From the NCBI RefSeq assembly GCF_964188315.1, contig NC_135659.1:51522001-51586000 (forward strand): DNA of 64,000 bases, in the 5' to 3' direction. This DNA comes from Podarcis muralis (Eukaryota). Position numbers and translations under genes: made by a program. Under the pieces are notes generated by a model. That model ran no database searches, was not told the DNA's origin, and was given only the letters and a program-made list of their open reading frames with translations. Numbering within the stretch: position 1 is the stretch's first letter; every line of letters begins with the position of its first letter. Below are positions 25,596 to 38,621 of the stretch, one piece after another.

Positions 25596-28500
25596 GCTTC
25601 ACTTCATCCACTGTTTTAGTCTTTTTGGACTTTATTTACTGTGCATGTTCTTTCTTGTTTCTGTGCACTCTCTTGGCCTCTCTGCATTTCAGGGTATATA
25701 CTCTTCTCATTAATACTTGTCTTGGGTGAATGTGGATACTGTGGAAAATTTTGAATTGGAATATATTCTGCTGCCCTAAATAGTTTGTTTCATTTGTGCT
25801 TAGTGTGCCTTGATAATTTTAGATATAAATATTTCAAAGTTTTTCTAATAGCCAAAAAAAGCATATTGAATTGAATTGAAAAATGTGATTGGGGGGGGGG
25901 AATTAAAGACATGATCTAATAGCATATCTTTCCTTCATACTGTTTGACTTCAAGGTAGAGAGAACCAAGGCACTGAAAACATACTAATTTTAGCATGCCT
26001 GAAGACCTGTGTGCCATGTGCTTCTATGGATAAGTTACCTGGCAGAAGCTCCAGACAAACTGTAGCGAAATCCTCTTAGACGGTTGAATCCAGTGAAATT
26101 GTCCTCTTCATGCAAGGAACTTCCCCTCCCTCTCTTTTCCCCGCATGCCCCCCACTCCTCAAATTTGCCCTGGTGGTTTGGGGAAAACTTGAGAGCAGAT
26201 TGGTACATGAGGTGAGGAGAGGGAGAGGAAGTTCTATTGTGCAAGCAGAATTCCTTACATGAACAGAACAACTTTGTTAGATGCAGCTCAGTCTTGAAGT
26301 GTGCATGGCCATGATGAAGTTGGTAGCTGCTCAGAGTCTTTAGAATCTGATTGTATTTAAAAAGAAAGTGCCTTTCTAACTCTGAGGAAATTCTGATCCC
26401 TTGATAGCTTTCCAAGCAATGGTTTTCTGACATAAGCGGGAGATCTTGCGACTGATATGGCCCAGTTCCCAGTTTTAAGGTTTCTCAAACTACATCACAT
26501 CAGTCTGTTGTGAACATCTTGCTCTACGTTTGATTCACTGTGGTGCCCCTTACTCACAGAGAATAGGCAGGAGTGGGGTGTGGCCCTAGACCAGATTTAT
26601 GGTAGGGGGCCAACTGTCTCACAGCCTAAGGGATAGGGCCAAAGACTCCAGAGTTAAATAATTAAAAGAGACTAAAATAAAAATCATCAGAAATGTCATC
26701 AAATGAGCAGTGTCATTTTGAATTAGTGCTGCTAAAGGTCAGGAAGCTCAAAACAGGTGAAGCGGATGCTCCGTGAGTGAGGCAATATGGCAGATATTTC
26801 TGGCAAGGAGAGAGTATGGGCTGGCAGGCGGGTGGACGAGACAAGGCTCTTTCTGCCCAGGATGTGAGGAGAGGTTTTTGGAAGCAGAGAGGTGCTTTGC
26901 GTAGGTACTGTTGGCCTGGGAGGAGGGGGTTTGGGCAGGATACAGGCCGAATGTCTGTCAGCGTCCAGTCAGAGCGCATTAACGTGGTGACATGATTCTA
27001 ATTAACTACTGTGAGAGGTGTCACAGTGGGAAAGCCAGTAAGCGCAGACACGCTTTTAGAAAGAGAAAAAAGCAAAGTGACAGTCCTTTTTGTGTGTGTG
27101 CTCTCTCCCCTCCGAGTGGGAGTGTGTGTAAAGCTAATTAGGATGTCTGGGCTGGCTGGGAACCTTGAGCTGGTGCTCTTTTGCTTTCAGTCATTTAAGT
27201 TTTCAAAATCCCTCTGATGGGACTCAGTGGCACAGTGGATTACTGTGCGCAAAAGTGACAGAACACTCTTGCCAGCGTTCAGCCCTTTTTAGCAAAGATT
27301 CAGCGCTTCTTTTTTCCTGGCAGCGGCAGGGGGCATGTTCTTATCACTGCTGCTCTATTCCTATGCATGTTACAATGGAGGACTCAAGGCCTTTCAACTG
27401 TTTCCTATGGTTAACAAAGAAACTGGGTTGCTGGGGGGTGGGGGTGGGATGACAGAATATGATTGGGTGTTTGTGTTGACTTCTTGTCTTTCTATGTCAT
27501 TCTGCTATTCACTGCAACATACTTTCCACACCTAGCAATGGCAAAGGTAGACCCATAATATTCTGGGTAGGCTATCCATGATAGTCCCTGCCAAGTGAGC
27601 TGCAGTGGCCATTTTAGCTTGATTGCTAGTGATGCAGTCCAGTTTGTTTGTTTTTTGCTGCATGCAGTTATTAGTGCAGCTTCTTTCTTCAAAACTATTG
27701 GGGAGGAATGCTGCAAAGAAACTTTTTCATTCATGTGTATGTTGCTTAAACCACACAAACACATGCATATTCAAGTGCTTCTCCTTTTAGAAGAAAAAAC
27801 CCCCAGCAGTTAGCCGGATTAAACGGTGGATTTTGGTGAGGGCATGGAACAGCCTTGTATAATGTGCTCACTCATGTCACTGAATGTCTGGACCTCAGGC
27901 TCTGACTAGTGTTAGGAGAGGGTCATCCTTAGCCTGTGTCTGGATTTTCACAAGCTGGATCTGCAACACATCAAATACATATCCTGTACCTGCCTTCCCT
28001 GAAGTTGAGGACTGAGGTGATGTCAGTACATTAGAAAAGGCTAGGAACAGAGTTTGTGAAGCTGTTTTGTACAGCTTCACACATGCACACAAAGAGCATG
28101 GGACTTTGGAAAAACTCATTTTTTAATATTCCTCCTCCTCCTCCTCTTACAATAGCTCTTCATCCAAATCAGGAAGCAGGTTGTGCAGACCCCATAGCTG
28201 ATGCTGGTCTGGGAGACACTCATAAGTGAATCCTGTGCAAGATGCTAGAATGATCCCTTCCCTCTCCAATCTTCTTTAGAGCTTGGGGGAAAGAGAGGTA
28301 AAGAGATTTAGTTTGCTTGCACCATGATCTGGAGACTTTTTCAAGTGGATAGAAACATTTCCCAGTACTGTTTCTGAAAGGGTTCAAGCCTAGTATGTGA
28401 TGAGAGACTGAATTCCTCTCCCAAGTCTTCTGTGTGGGAGAGACAGGGGACTTGGGGAAGAGAAGATATTAGGGCCTACTTCAAATGCTGGCTGGCTACC

Positions 28501-29309
28501 AACATGTTGAATCTTGATGCTTTGGGAAATGGGCAGGCAAAAGATCGTGCAAAGTGCATAAAAATGAGTGTAAATGGAATGTTTTGAATAGGTGTATCTA
28601 ACAGAGCTTTGCTTAAAGTAGGAGAGTATTTATAGCATGCTTGGCCCCTGCCACATCTTTTCTGTCTATCAAAGGCCCTCAAGTTGGTTGACATTAAAGT
28701 TGAATATTAAATGCATAAAACAATGTGAAAACATAATCAAAGCAGAAAGCATCCCGCATTGTGGCTGGGCACTGATGGTGCTGGGGAGAGGGGCTGGACT
28801 TTCCCCATTACATTCCAAACCATGGGTGTGTGGCAGGGAGATTGCTCATTGCCAGCTTTTTGAGCTGGCACCTGGCTGCATTATGGAGCGGCCTTGTTTT
28901 TGTCTTTAATGAGACATTCTGGAGAGGTATGGAGGTGAGGATGTGCTGGTGGATGATTCTGGCTTTTAGCAGCCCGGCATTTACCTAATGAGAAACCACT
29001 GAGAGGTGTGGCATGGGGGTGGGCTGTGGGGGTGTGTGGATAGCAGCCAACTGGAGGCACTGCATTGCCATTTAACAAGTTTCCTTTCCTGCAAGTTCCA
29101 TGACAAGACCCCCCTCTAAGTCTGTACAAGAATCCCTAAGAACAAGGTAATTAGGATGTCTCTGAGCTTCGACCCTCAGCGGAGTCCTTGGCTTAATCTT
29201 TTTCTTTCCTTAAAGACATCTGTAACTACAATCTTTGTTTCTCTCCTTGCCTCCCCCCACTTGCCTCTCTCCCCCCCACCTTGCCTGTCTCCATATCTCC
29301 TGTCAAACT

Positions 29310-29520
29310 GCTGCAGACATAAATGACAAAGAAATCAGAAAGAGAGATCAATGCAGTCCAAATTAGCACTCGGAGATAGACTGTGCTGGAGATGTCAGAG
29401 CCTGACCCCTGTTGATCCTGCAGCCTCTGCTGGTGATATTATGCAAATTGCATCCATCTGGCAGAGCTGGCTCAGAGGAGTGAGGGTGCTGGGCGGGCAG
29501 AGAACGATCCAAAGAGGGAG
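29310..29520. promoter_or_regulatory. Candidate enhancer with palindromic octamer
   Basis: ATGCAAAT at 29441-29448 inside the inverted repeat ATGCA-AAT-TGCAT; nearby CATAAAT, TGACA, ATCAAT. Confidence 0.35.
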
Positions 29521-31959
29521 GTGTTTTGGAGCGCTGGCTCTATGCGTTTGGGAAGGGGACAGGGCGATGGGAGATTGGAAGTGATAGGAAGGAGAAAGGG
29601 TGCATCAGATTAATTTGTATTCTCCAGGAGGTATAAGACCAAACTCTAGATGGGAGATGAAGTTTGTTTTTGATTTGGCTTATATTTTATTTCTTATTAT
29701 CTGCTTCCACCCAGAACAAAAAAAAGCCAACATCCCCCTCTTGGTAGTCTTGTTTAATCAATATTCACAAGTCATCATTATCACTGGCAGCAGTTTGAGA
29801 GGGTGGTGAACAGAGGCAACTGCACCCCCCCCCCAGCCCCCAAAGAGCACACTGCTTCTCGATCCAACTGAAATAGGACAGGGATAATAGAAACCTCAAA
29901 TTACGGTGATCGCCTTGTTAAGAAGTTTGGAAATACAGTCAGATTGCCTTTTAATGAGAGAAATATGGCTGTTAGTTAGTGAAGGAGGAGGGAATGGACC
30001 TTGTTTCAAGATCTGTAGTTCCTGCATCAAAGGGGAACTGGCTGTTTCATTTCAAAATCCAGCTCCTCAGCCTGATATTAAAAATAGTTGTTAAAGGCTT
30101 TGAGTAGCAAGACAATTCTCTTTAACTTCCTACTATCCCTCCCCTTTTCCTCTAGCAAAAAAGGGTTGGCAAGGATTGAAATAGGCCTTTAAAGAAGTTT
30201 CCCTTTGGACAGGGGGACAGTAAGGGGTGTCTTGCTACCCAGCATGTGTGAGGTATAGCGTGATCTTTTAAACATAGTTCTCCCACCTAAAGCCAATTGA
30301 CTAATGGACAGCTAATAATGGGATGTTGACTTACCGTAGCCACTGTGCTAAATGGGCATAAGTTTAGTTTGCTCTGTTTGGAACTAGTTATCAGGACTTT
30401 CAAACTGGAGACAGGTGGATGTCGTCACAAAATGTTCTGGATTTTAAGGCCAAAAAATGGTTTCATTCAAAATTGATCACCCTTGACTGTCTCTGCCGTG
30501 ATGTTTTATCTCTTTCAGGGTTTACCTATGAGTGTTTTGATTGAGTGTGTATTACTCAATTTTTAATCATTAATCTATTGGAAGTTTTGAAGCCCAGAAC
30601 AACTACCAGCTTCTCCTCTTGTCTTACTTGGCTTGAGATGAGGAAAGGACAGCAGTTTAAAAACTGGGCTCAGAGTTTTTTTATAATTAGAGATGCCAAA
30701 TACTTCTCAAATTGGAATTCGTCTTTGGAATTCATAACACATCCTGTTTTTGTTCTGCATACCTACTAGGCCCTCCCTTGCCTTTGATTTCTGGTTCTAT
30801 GTAACTTCACTCAGAAACAAGATACGAAGCTGGGTGGTATGATAATATTAATTATATAATTAGAATAAGTGTTTTTCCTTTGACACCATTTGTTTCTGAA
30901 ATAGGCCCTTTCATGTTGAGCATTTTCTTCTTAAGTGTTCATGGTCAGGACAAAATAATCTCTTTAACCATCCATTTATGTATTTATTTCTGTCAGCCTA
31001 ACAGAAAGAGCTGTCCTAGTTAAAACTAAGTCCAGGATTTTTTGTTTAATCCTTTTGATTCATTTTTGTTATTTTCATCTGTTTGTTTTCTTTTCACTAA
31101 AATCAGAGGTGAAATTCCTGCATACGTTCACCAGGTATTTTGTTTAGGGACTACATGAGATTTTTGCCAGTATATGAGGAGCTTCATCATTCACTTTCAC
31201 ACTGTGCTGCTTGCAGGATTCCTGTTTTCTGGGGGATCTGGCTGACTTCTATATTGCTCTTGAAAACTTCAAGTTATCTTTCTTTGGAAGCCTTCTGTGG
31301 CAGAGCCCAGACTTGGCAACAGCACTATCTGACCTGAGTTGACCAGCTTTTCCCAACCATCGTTAAGATCTAACAGGCCCCTCTGTTCAGAGTTGCTGTG
31401 ACCCGTGACATGTTTCTTCCTGTTGCATTGACATCCCTCTCTTGAAGACCTGACTCACAGCTTCTTCTTGCTTAAAAACTGAAGTGTTCTGTTAATTGGT
31501 TTAAGCCTCACTGCCCCATGTCCTGGCTGGTCTTTGCAAGATAATGAACTTGGAATGTTTTTAATAGCTGATCACAGCCGTATTAGTCCCAGGATGCAAG
31601 CAAGAGACTGACAAGGTGGGTCAAGTAGAATCTCTTATTGGACTACCATTTCTTGGAAGAAGAGACAAGCTTTAAAACATCACAGAGCTCTTTTGCAGGC
31701 CTGGGAAAGATTGTCCAACTTTCAAGCTCAAATACATGGCTTCTGGTATATATCAGTATATCAAGAATGTTAGTAACGTGACCAAAACCATGCATTCCTG
31801 CAACAAGTAGCTGCCCCGATTTAAGAAAAACCCCAAACTTTTCACTTGTTATTTTGCAACATGTTTTTTTAAAAATAATAATAATAAACCCTACAATGAG
31901 GTACAATTAATAATTCAGAGAATTTTAACAATGCAGAAAAAGTACAAAATTTGGAAGCA

Positions 31960-32104
31960 GTATATTTCTGAATTACCACTTGCTGGAAACTGCAGCTGCG
32001 GAGCAAGTGGGCTTCCAATAGGTATCTGGTTGGCCACTGTGAACACAGGTTGGCAGACTAGATGGGCCCTTGGCCTGATCCAGCAAGCTCTTCTTGTGTT
32101 CTTA
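31960..32104 (+). mobile_element. CR1 3' tail
   Basis: TATCTGGTTGGCCACTGTGAACACAGG..GACTAGATGGGCCCTTGGCCTGATCCAGCAAGCTCTTCTTGTGTTCTTA. Confidence 0.8.
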
Positions 32105-34715
32105 ATAAAAAGAACAACATGGTAAACTTGAAGTAGGCATTAAAAAAACAAAAACCCCAAGCCCTTGTAATAAAAAGCTGTAAAGGAAGGTTTTAAAGGG
32201 GCAAGTTCTTGAGTCTGCTGCACTGTGTTAGGAGGTGGAGTTCAAAGAATAGGTGTCACCACCCAAAAGACATGTTCTGTGGTAGGCCACCAGCTTTTAG
32301 GAAGAAGTAAGGTGTCCCCCCCCCCCCCGGCTGGGGTTCTCATCATCAGAAAAGGAGGAAAACCTAATTAACTGATCTACATCTTTGTCTCATATAACTT
32401 CCATCACTTTGGGGCAGCTGCTGGTTTTATTTCTATTGATACTTATTATATTATTTACTGATAGGTCTCTACCAAAGAAACACACCTACATGTATTGGAG
32501 TAAGGAAATGAACCAATTCTTCCACTGATGTATTTCTGAAAATCTATTTATACAGTTAAGTACCTTAACATGGTGTCAGTATAGGATGGGAAAGGCTGAA
32601 CATTGTCTTAATATAATTTCATTTCAATAGCTCTCAAAGCTATACTTGAGGTTCTGTCCTTCAACAATGTAAAATCTCGAGCCTGGTGTTTGGATGGTAG
32701 CTGGAAGCCCTGTATTTCCTGTGGCCTGAAAACTAAGTAATAGATATTGGCCAATGAATGGTTACTGATATATAGTCTGCAGAAGATTGGTGTATTCCAT
32801 TCTCAATTTTTCATGTTGGGCTTCCAAAAATTTCTGGAACAACAGGAGCATAACAGTTGATATACTTTGGCTTGGGTGATGCTGATTTATCATGTCAGAG
32901 GTCCTGGTCATTGTGCTGAAGAGAATCTTTCTGCTTTCTATGCCCGATAGTTGACAGCTACAATACAGCAAATACAGAGCTAGTGGAATGGAACATAAGA
33001 GAATAGGTGTGTGTACATAATAGCATATGGATGCTTCATTGGTGGAATAGACTACAGAAGGATTGGGGATATTTTGTTTGGCATAGTGATACTTGGGTTT
33101 TTCTGGATTCTGAGTGACCCATAAGACTGAGAAGTTTAAAAGTGAACCTCTCAGGCAGAGGATGAGTACACAGAATGAATAATTAACCCAACTTCACCCA
33201 GCATTGCTAGCTGCACTACTGCAGAGAGGTACAGTTTGCTCTTGAACAAAAAGTCGTAATTTTTCTTGTTCTGGAGAAAGGTACTCCTGATGAACAAAGA
33301 CTACCCAAGGCTTTGTGAGAGTGCTTGTCTCTTTACCTTGGAAACATTTTGTCCCACAGTAAGGGCAGCCATTTTGTATAAAGATATACTCTGTGGTGAG
33401 TGAACCTCCCTACCACTGCCCCCCCTTTCCTGATGTTTATTTACTGGAATAAGAGCAAGGTAAATACAGTAATTTTTCTGGTTTATTATTCAGGCTGAGA
33501 CAGATGCAAGCTGGGCTGTTTTGTGGGAGACCATGATTGCCTGACCCCCCCCCCCCCTGTCAAACCCTTTCTATATATAACTGTGTTGAGAGAGACATTA
33601 CAGATTTGTCTCTACTTGTCTGTAAAGCAAGAGCAGCCTCTGTCCTAATGAGAAGAATATGGCTGCTAGTTAGCAGAGGGGTGGGTCGCGTAGGCTAAAC
33701 GAGATAGTTAAACGGCACTGATTGAAGGTGGGGGTGAAAGGGCAGCACAATTATGTGCTGGAGAATCAAGGGCCCTGTTTGATTTGGGAGTTCTAAGCTC
33801 CCAGCCGGTGTCAGTAGTTTAGCTGAGAATTTTTTTGTAGGCCAAAGACAGGAAGGATAAAAACTATGAGAATGAGGAGTTACTATTATTAAAGTCCACA
33901 GAGCCCCATCCCTGTTCATTCTTTAACTATTTCTAGGCCCATATATTTTACGCATTCCTAAAGCGCGCTCTTGTGAGAGCCAAAACTACCCCTGTCCATG
34001 GTACACTCCAGGATTATGTAGCCAAGGAACAATTGGGGACCTTTATAATGTCCAGGCATTTATTTTTTTAAAGTTAACACAAGCAACACTGGCTGCAGTG
34101 AACCTGGGTGATGCTTGTGTGTGGCAAGCTGTTAGTGTGAAATCTTCTGCCACTCCAGTTTTCACCAGGCCTTGTGCATATCTTCTTTCTTTGTGGTTTT
34201 GTGATGATGTGGTGAGTATCACTAAAAAAACAGGCAGCAAGTTACTTCACAAGATTGGTGTGTCACGTACTGGTTCTCTTTCAAGAAGCTCCACATTTCT
34301 ATTTGCATAAATCAGACTTTCTTTCTGGGAAACGTGGATTAAAAGTTGCAGCACCTCACCCCCAATTTCAGTTTGTTTGGAACTTGCTCCAGGTCAGCCT
34401 CCCTACTGTTCTGATACTTTACTAGGAAAGACCCTCCTCAGGTTACCAAAACAGTTAAGAAGCATTTTCAGGTACGGAGGCATTTTTCTTCTTCAGTTGG
34501 GTTTGTAGGCAACAGCATTTGGTGCTTTGCTTTGGTGATCCTAATTTGTCTTTCCTCTCCTCTTTCCTTTCTTGCTGGTTTTGCCATCAAATCTATTGGA
34601 GCTTATGGCCTTTTACCCCAGCATGACACGGTATATGAGGGCATTATTGCATTCTAATCAGACCACTCAACTCAGTAACAGATTTATTTATTTGTGTATG
34701 CTAGTTTAAAAGTAA

Positions 34716-35094
34716 TGTAAGGTAAAAAGGTATAGGACCCCTGTACAGTTAAGTCTAGTCAAAGGCGACTTTGGGGTGTGGCGCTCATCTTGCTTTCAGG
34801 CCGAGGGAGCCGGCATTTGTCCACAGACGGGTCATGCGGCCAGCATGACTAAACCACTTCTGGCACTACGGAACACCGTGGCGGAAGCCAGAGCGCACGG
34901 AAACACTGTTTACCTTGCTGACGAAGTGATACCTATTTATCTACTTGCACTGGTGTGCTTTCAAACTGCTAGGTTGACAGAAGCTGGGATGGAGCAACAG
35001 GAGCTCACCCAGTCGCACAGATTCAAACCGCTGACCTTCTGATCAGCAAGCCCCAGAGGCTCAGTGGTTTAGACCACAATGCCACCCACAACCC
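34716..35094 (-). mobile_element. Near full-length Sauria (Squam1-type) SINE
   Basis: Tail AAGGTAAAAAGG, body GGCGCTCATCTTGCTTTCAGGCCGAGGGAGCCGGC..GCCAGCATGACTAA..GCGCACGGAAAC..TACCTATTTATCTACTTGCAC, tRNA-related head GATTCAAACCGCTGACCTTCTGATC..GGTTTAGACCACAATGCCACCC. Confidence 0.93.
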
Positions 35095-35876
35095 TTGCAA
35101 AGGAAGATATACTGTTGGTCTCAACAGTGTCATTCTGTTTAGTGCCCCCATGTCCTGATTATTTTGACCTGATAATTGTGGTAATATTCCTCACCAACCT
35201 GCCTAGTCCATTCCAAATCTGCCTAATAAGCATGTCCCCTGCCATTCTGCTGCTTTGCCTAGGCTAAATGCACAATGCTCCTGTGTCCAAGTCACTAAAT
35301 AAATAACACACACACACAATCAATGCCAAAGGCTGCCTCCCCCTTCAAATGGCGCATCTCCCTAATCAGATTTGTATCTAAGCCTATGGTCTCCATTGCC
35401 TCCTGAGCCAAATGACAATCGCCTTTATTTACTCTAATAGGTCTCATTTGTAAATGTTAATTCCTCCCTGAAGAAAATGTCTCTTCAAGATGAGTTGGCC
35501 GTCACTGAGTTGAACACATCAGAGTGTGTGCAAGGTCCATCTCAACCCCTGTAGTTGAGAACGTAGACAGACATCATGCCTACCCAGCCAGTTAGCTGCA
35601 TCTATGCCCCTTCTCCACCCCCACCCCTGGGCCATCTTCCCTTCTTGGCCTCTCGTATTGCACCACAGTCATGCCTGCACCTATTTGGATATATAAATGC
35701 TGGCAACAGCTCTGATATCCTGACTGGAAACCCATCTCAAGGAAAAGGTTTTATTCTGGGCCTGGCCCATCCAACCCTTCCTGCAATATTGCCCTAGCCC
35801 TTAGGATCCCTGGCTTTTGATGGAATGGTGCATCTACAATTGTTTTTCTCTGTAAACAGAGTGTATGAAAACATTT

Positions 35877-36015
35877 GTGGTGTTGTGGCTAGAATATTGA
35901 TTTGTATGTGGGAAACTTGGGTTTAAATCTCCACTCAGCCAAGCTCCACATGGCTTGAACAGTCACTATCTTTCAGTATAGCCTACCACACTGGGTTGGT
36001 TGTGAGACAAACATG
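35877..36015 (+). mobile_element. Old tRNA-derived (MIR/Squam3-like) SINE
   Basis: GTGGTGTTGTGGCTAGA (A-box-like), GGGTTTAAATCTCC (B-box-like), then CAGTCACTATCTTTCAG..TACC..GGGTTGGTTGTGAG core-like segment. Confidence 0.6.
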
Positions 36016-37419
36016 GTAAAACAAAGGGGAGCAGAATTTGATATAAAAGTTAGCTCATTTCTTAACTAATTAGTTCTAAAGGAAGAGTGGGAGATGCATG
36101 AAACCAATAAGCACACATTTTGGCAGTTTGTTCTGATTTTGAGTCGAGAGTCCTTTTGGTAATAGCTGTCCTTCTAGGTATTAATTGCTCCATTTAAGAA
36201 CATTTGTGCAATACAAATAATACTAATAAAGCACAAATATTATTAGTAAATGACAACATTCTAGAGTTCTTACTTTAAATAATCATGTACCAAGATATTT
36301 TGTAATCTGCATCCCCTTTTTAAAAAATGTTCTAACGTGCACACCAACATTCTTCCTGATGTCTCTGCCTTTTAGGCAAATAACATAATATTTTGCATGT
36401 CCCTCTCTCACTTTGAGGATGGGCATGGAGGCTGAGCTAGTTTTAAAACTTGAAATCTAGAACATGCGCACCAACCTTCATTAAAGTACTTCAGTGTTTT
36501 TTTTAAAAGTGTTACAAGCAAACTAATTTTAAACAGGTAAGTAGGCAAGTTAAACCAAAAGCTTAGCTTTACTCAGTAAGGTAATTTTTTTGTGGGTAGG
36601 AAGGGGGTGAATACTGTTTGGCGAACAGCTTAGTCTCTGTTGCAACGGTGCAAGAAGACTAGCTTGGCTCCCTATGTGACAGGAATGACCAAATCAGAAG
36701 GGAACAGTGGTGTTGGCTCCAGCCCAAACTGTCGTGGCAGTTAACTCCCCGTCTACGCCTCCCTGGGGAAATAAAAAGAACCATTGATTTTCCTCATTGC
36801 TTGTACTGCCTGGTTCTGGATTATAACAGCACAAATACAAACACATATTTGAGCCCGAGACTGTGACCACTTGGAGGGGAGCAAGTCAGTAAATATTGTG
36901 GGGCTGGGCTACTGGCTTAATGAAGGACAGGGCATAATCACTAACACCTAGAGCAGCGCCTGATGCAAAGCAGTGATTAAGAATAGGGGTCAGAGGCCTT
37001 TTTCAGAGGTAAATTAGCAATGAATTAGTCTGTTTTCCCCAGATGAAAAATGCCGGTCCCTGTGTATTTTTCTTACTATTATCTGAGGTGGGGTGGGGGA
37101 GACACATGCATCAACTCAACCGCCCTCCCTAACAATACTTAGGGCGAGTGCCAAGGGGCTTGCTTCCTCAGCCTTTGTCTGGTGTGTTAGTGACTCTGGT
37201 GGTCCCCTGCAACCTTAGAAGCAATTAGGGACTGATTTATTGTCCTACGACCGAACCCCGCAAAGTGTACTCAGAAGGGGGGCTGCATGGGTTGAGGCTA
37301 CCAAGGGCCTTCAGCACCATCTCTGTTGAACAACAATCTAATCTTGATTGCAGAGGGAGTGGGGAGGGGAGATAGATAAAGAAGAGAATTGGAGATAAAT
37401 GTTAGCTCATTTCTTAAGT

Positions 37420-37760
37420 AATTAGTTACCTCCTCATCCCCGTGTTGTAATTGTGAACAAGCTGTAATGTTTAATTAGTGTGTAAATGAAACCCCAATTT
37501 CATAATGGCTGCAGTGACAGCGCTAAGTGAGACAGGCACAGAAGGGGCCGCATTGTTTCAGCAGGAGATGAAGCTGTCGCCCAGCAAGCCGTGCGTCGCT
37601 GAGAGAAAATGGAAATGATAAACGAAGTGAGGCTAATTAGCAAAATCATACAGGCCCCACTGATGGTTCTCATCAAGGGGAGGTAATGAAGCGGGCAGGC
37701 CAAGCTGAGAGGGGATTAATTGGAACCGATTCCTGCTCATAGAGCACAGACTCACCACCT
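37420..37760. promoter_or_regulatory. Candidate CNE/enhancer
   Basis: Dense TAAT/TAATTA cores (TTTAATTAG, GCTAATTAGC, GGATTAATTG), TGACAG and retained CpGs (GCCGTGCGTCGC). Confidence 0.45.
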
Positions 37761-37976
37761 CTCACCGCTGAGACTGGGCCCTTGTCCCACCGGGGCCCTT
37801 TGAGGATCGCATTCAGAATGCAAAGTGAAGTTATTCCTGGACTCACAAAAGCTGGGGTATTTGGGAGTTTGGCCAGCCTCAGAAAACTGTGCATTCTTTA
37901 CTGGTGTCTGTGTAGTGGAGAATGCCTTTCCAGGGGCCAGACTTTTGCCATTCATTTGTTGATACCTTTCCATGTA

Positions 37977-38218
37977 CAGTAGTACCTTGGGTTAAGAACT
38001 TAATTCATTCTGGAGGTCCGTTCTTAATCTGAAACTGTTCTTAACCTGAGGTACCACTTTAGCTAATGTGGCCTCTCGCTGCCACCGCGCTGCCAGCGCA
38101 CAATTTGGGTTCTCATCCTGAAGCAAAGTTCTTAACCCGAGGTACTATTTCTGGGTTAGTGGAGTCTGTAACCTGAAGCATCTGTAACCTGAAGCATCTG
38201 TAACCCGAGGTACCACTG
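37977..38218. mobile_element. Tc1/mariner MITE, same subfamily as 4089-4315
   Basis: TIRs CAGT(A/G)GTACCT(T/C)GGGTTA; TA at 37975-37976 and 38219-38220; extra 16-bp TCTGTAACCTGAAGCA unit relative to the 4089 copy. Confidence 0.92.
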
Positions 38219-38521
38219 TAGTAGGCTGTAAGTGCCCAGCAAATATACAGGACTTTAGTAATTATCTCAGTTAGTTCTTGGTGGGATGGTTGAAAAAGAG
38301 CCTAGTCAAGGACTTGGCTAAAACTCAGAAAGGAATAAGGCCCATTCTGTGTATGGTTCACAACTAGGGCCAATACAGACCCTGCAAGAACAGGAACTGC
38401 AATCTGTATCTGCTTCCAGACTTGGTGCCACAACATTTCCTAAGGGGATCTATGAAATATTAGTAGTCAATTGGGATGAGAGATAATATTAACAAGATAT
38501 CCTTCTAAATTTTATATACAA

Positions 38522-38621
38522 GGCTGTATTCAACTAACTTTTACTCAGCGTAGACCCACTTAGGTTAAGCCATGGTCATTTATCTCAATGGGTCAACTCT
38601 GAGTAGAAGTTAGTTGACTCC
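38522..38621. mobile_element. Short palindromic MITE-like element
   Basis: Arms CAACTAACTTTTACTCAGCGTAGACCCA / TGGGTCAACTCTGAGTAGAAGTTAGTTG form an imperfect inverted repeat. Confidence 0.6.

Noticed and set aside
31218-31343. Acceptor-like TGCTTGCAG followed by a 41-codon open frame (DSCFLGDLADF...)
   Set aside because: Ends in a stop with no convincing donor; no recognisable homology.
37309-37330. REST/NRSF site (TTCAGCACC)
   Set aside because: Only the left half-site is present; the GGACAG half is absent.
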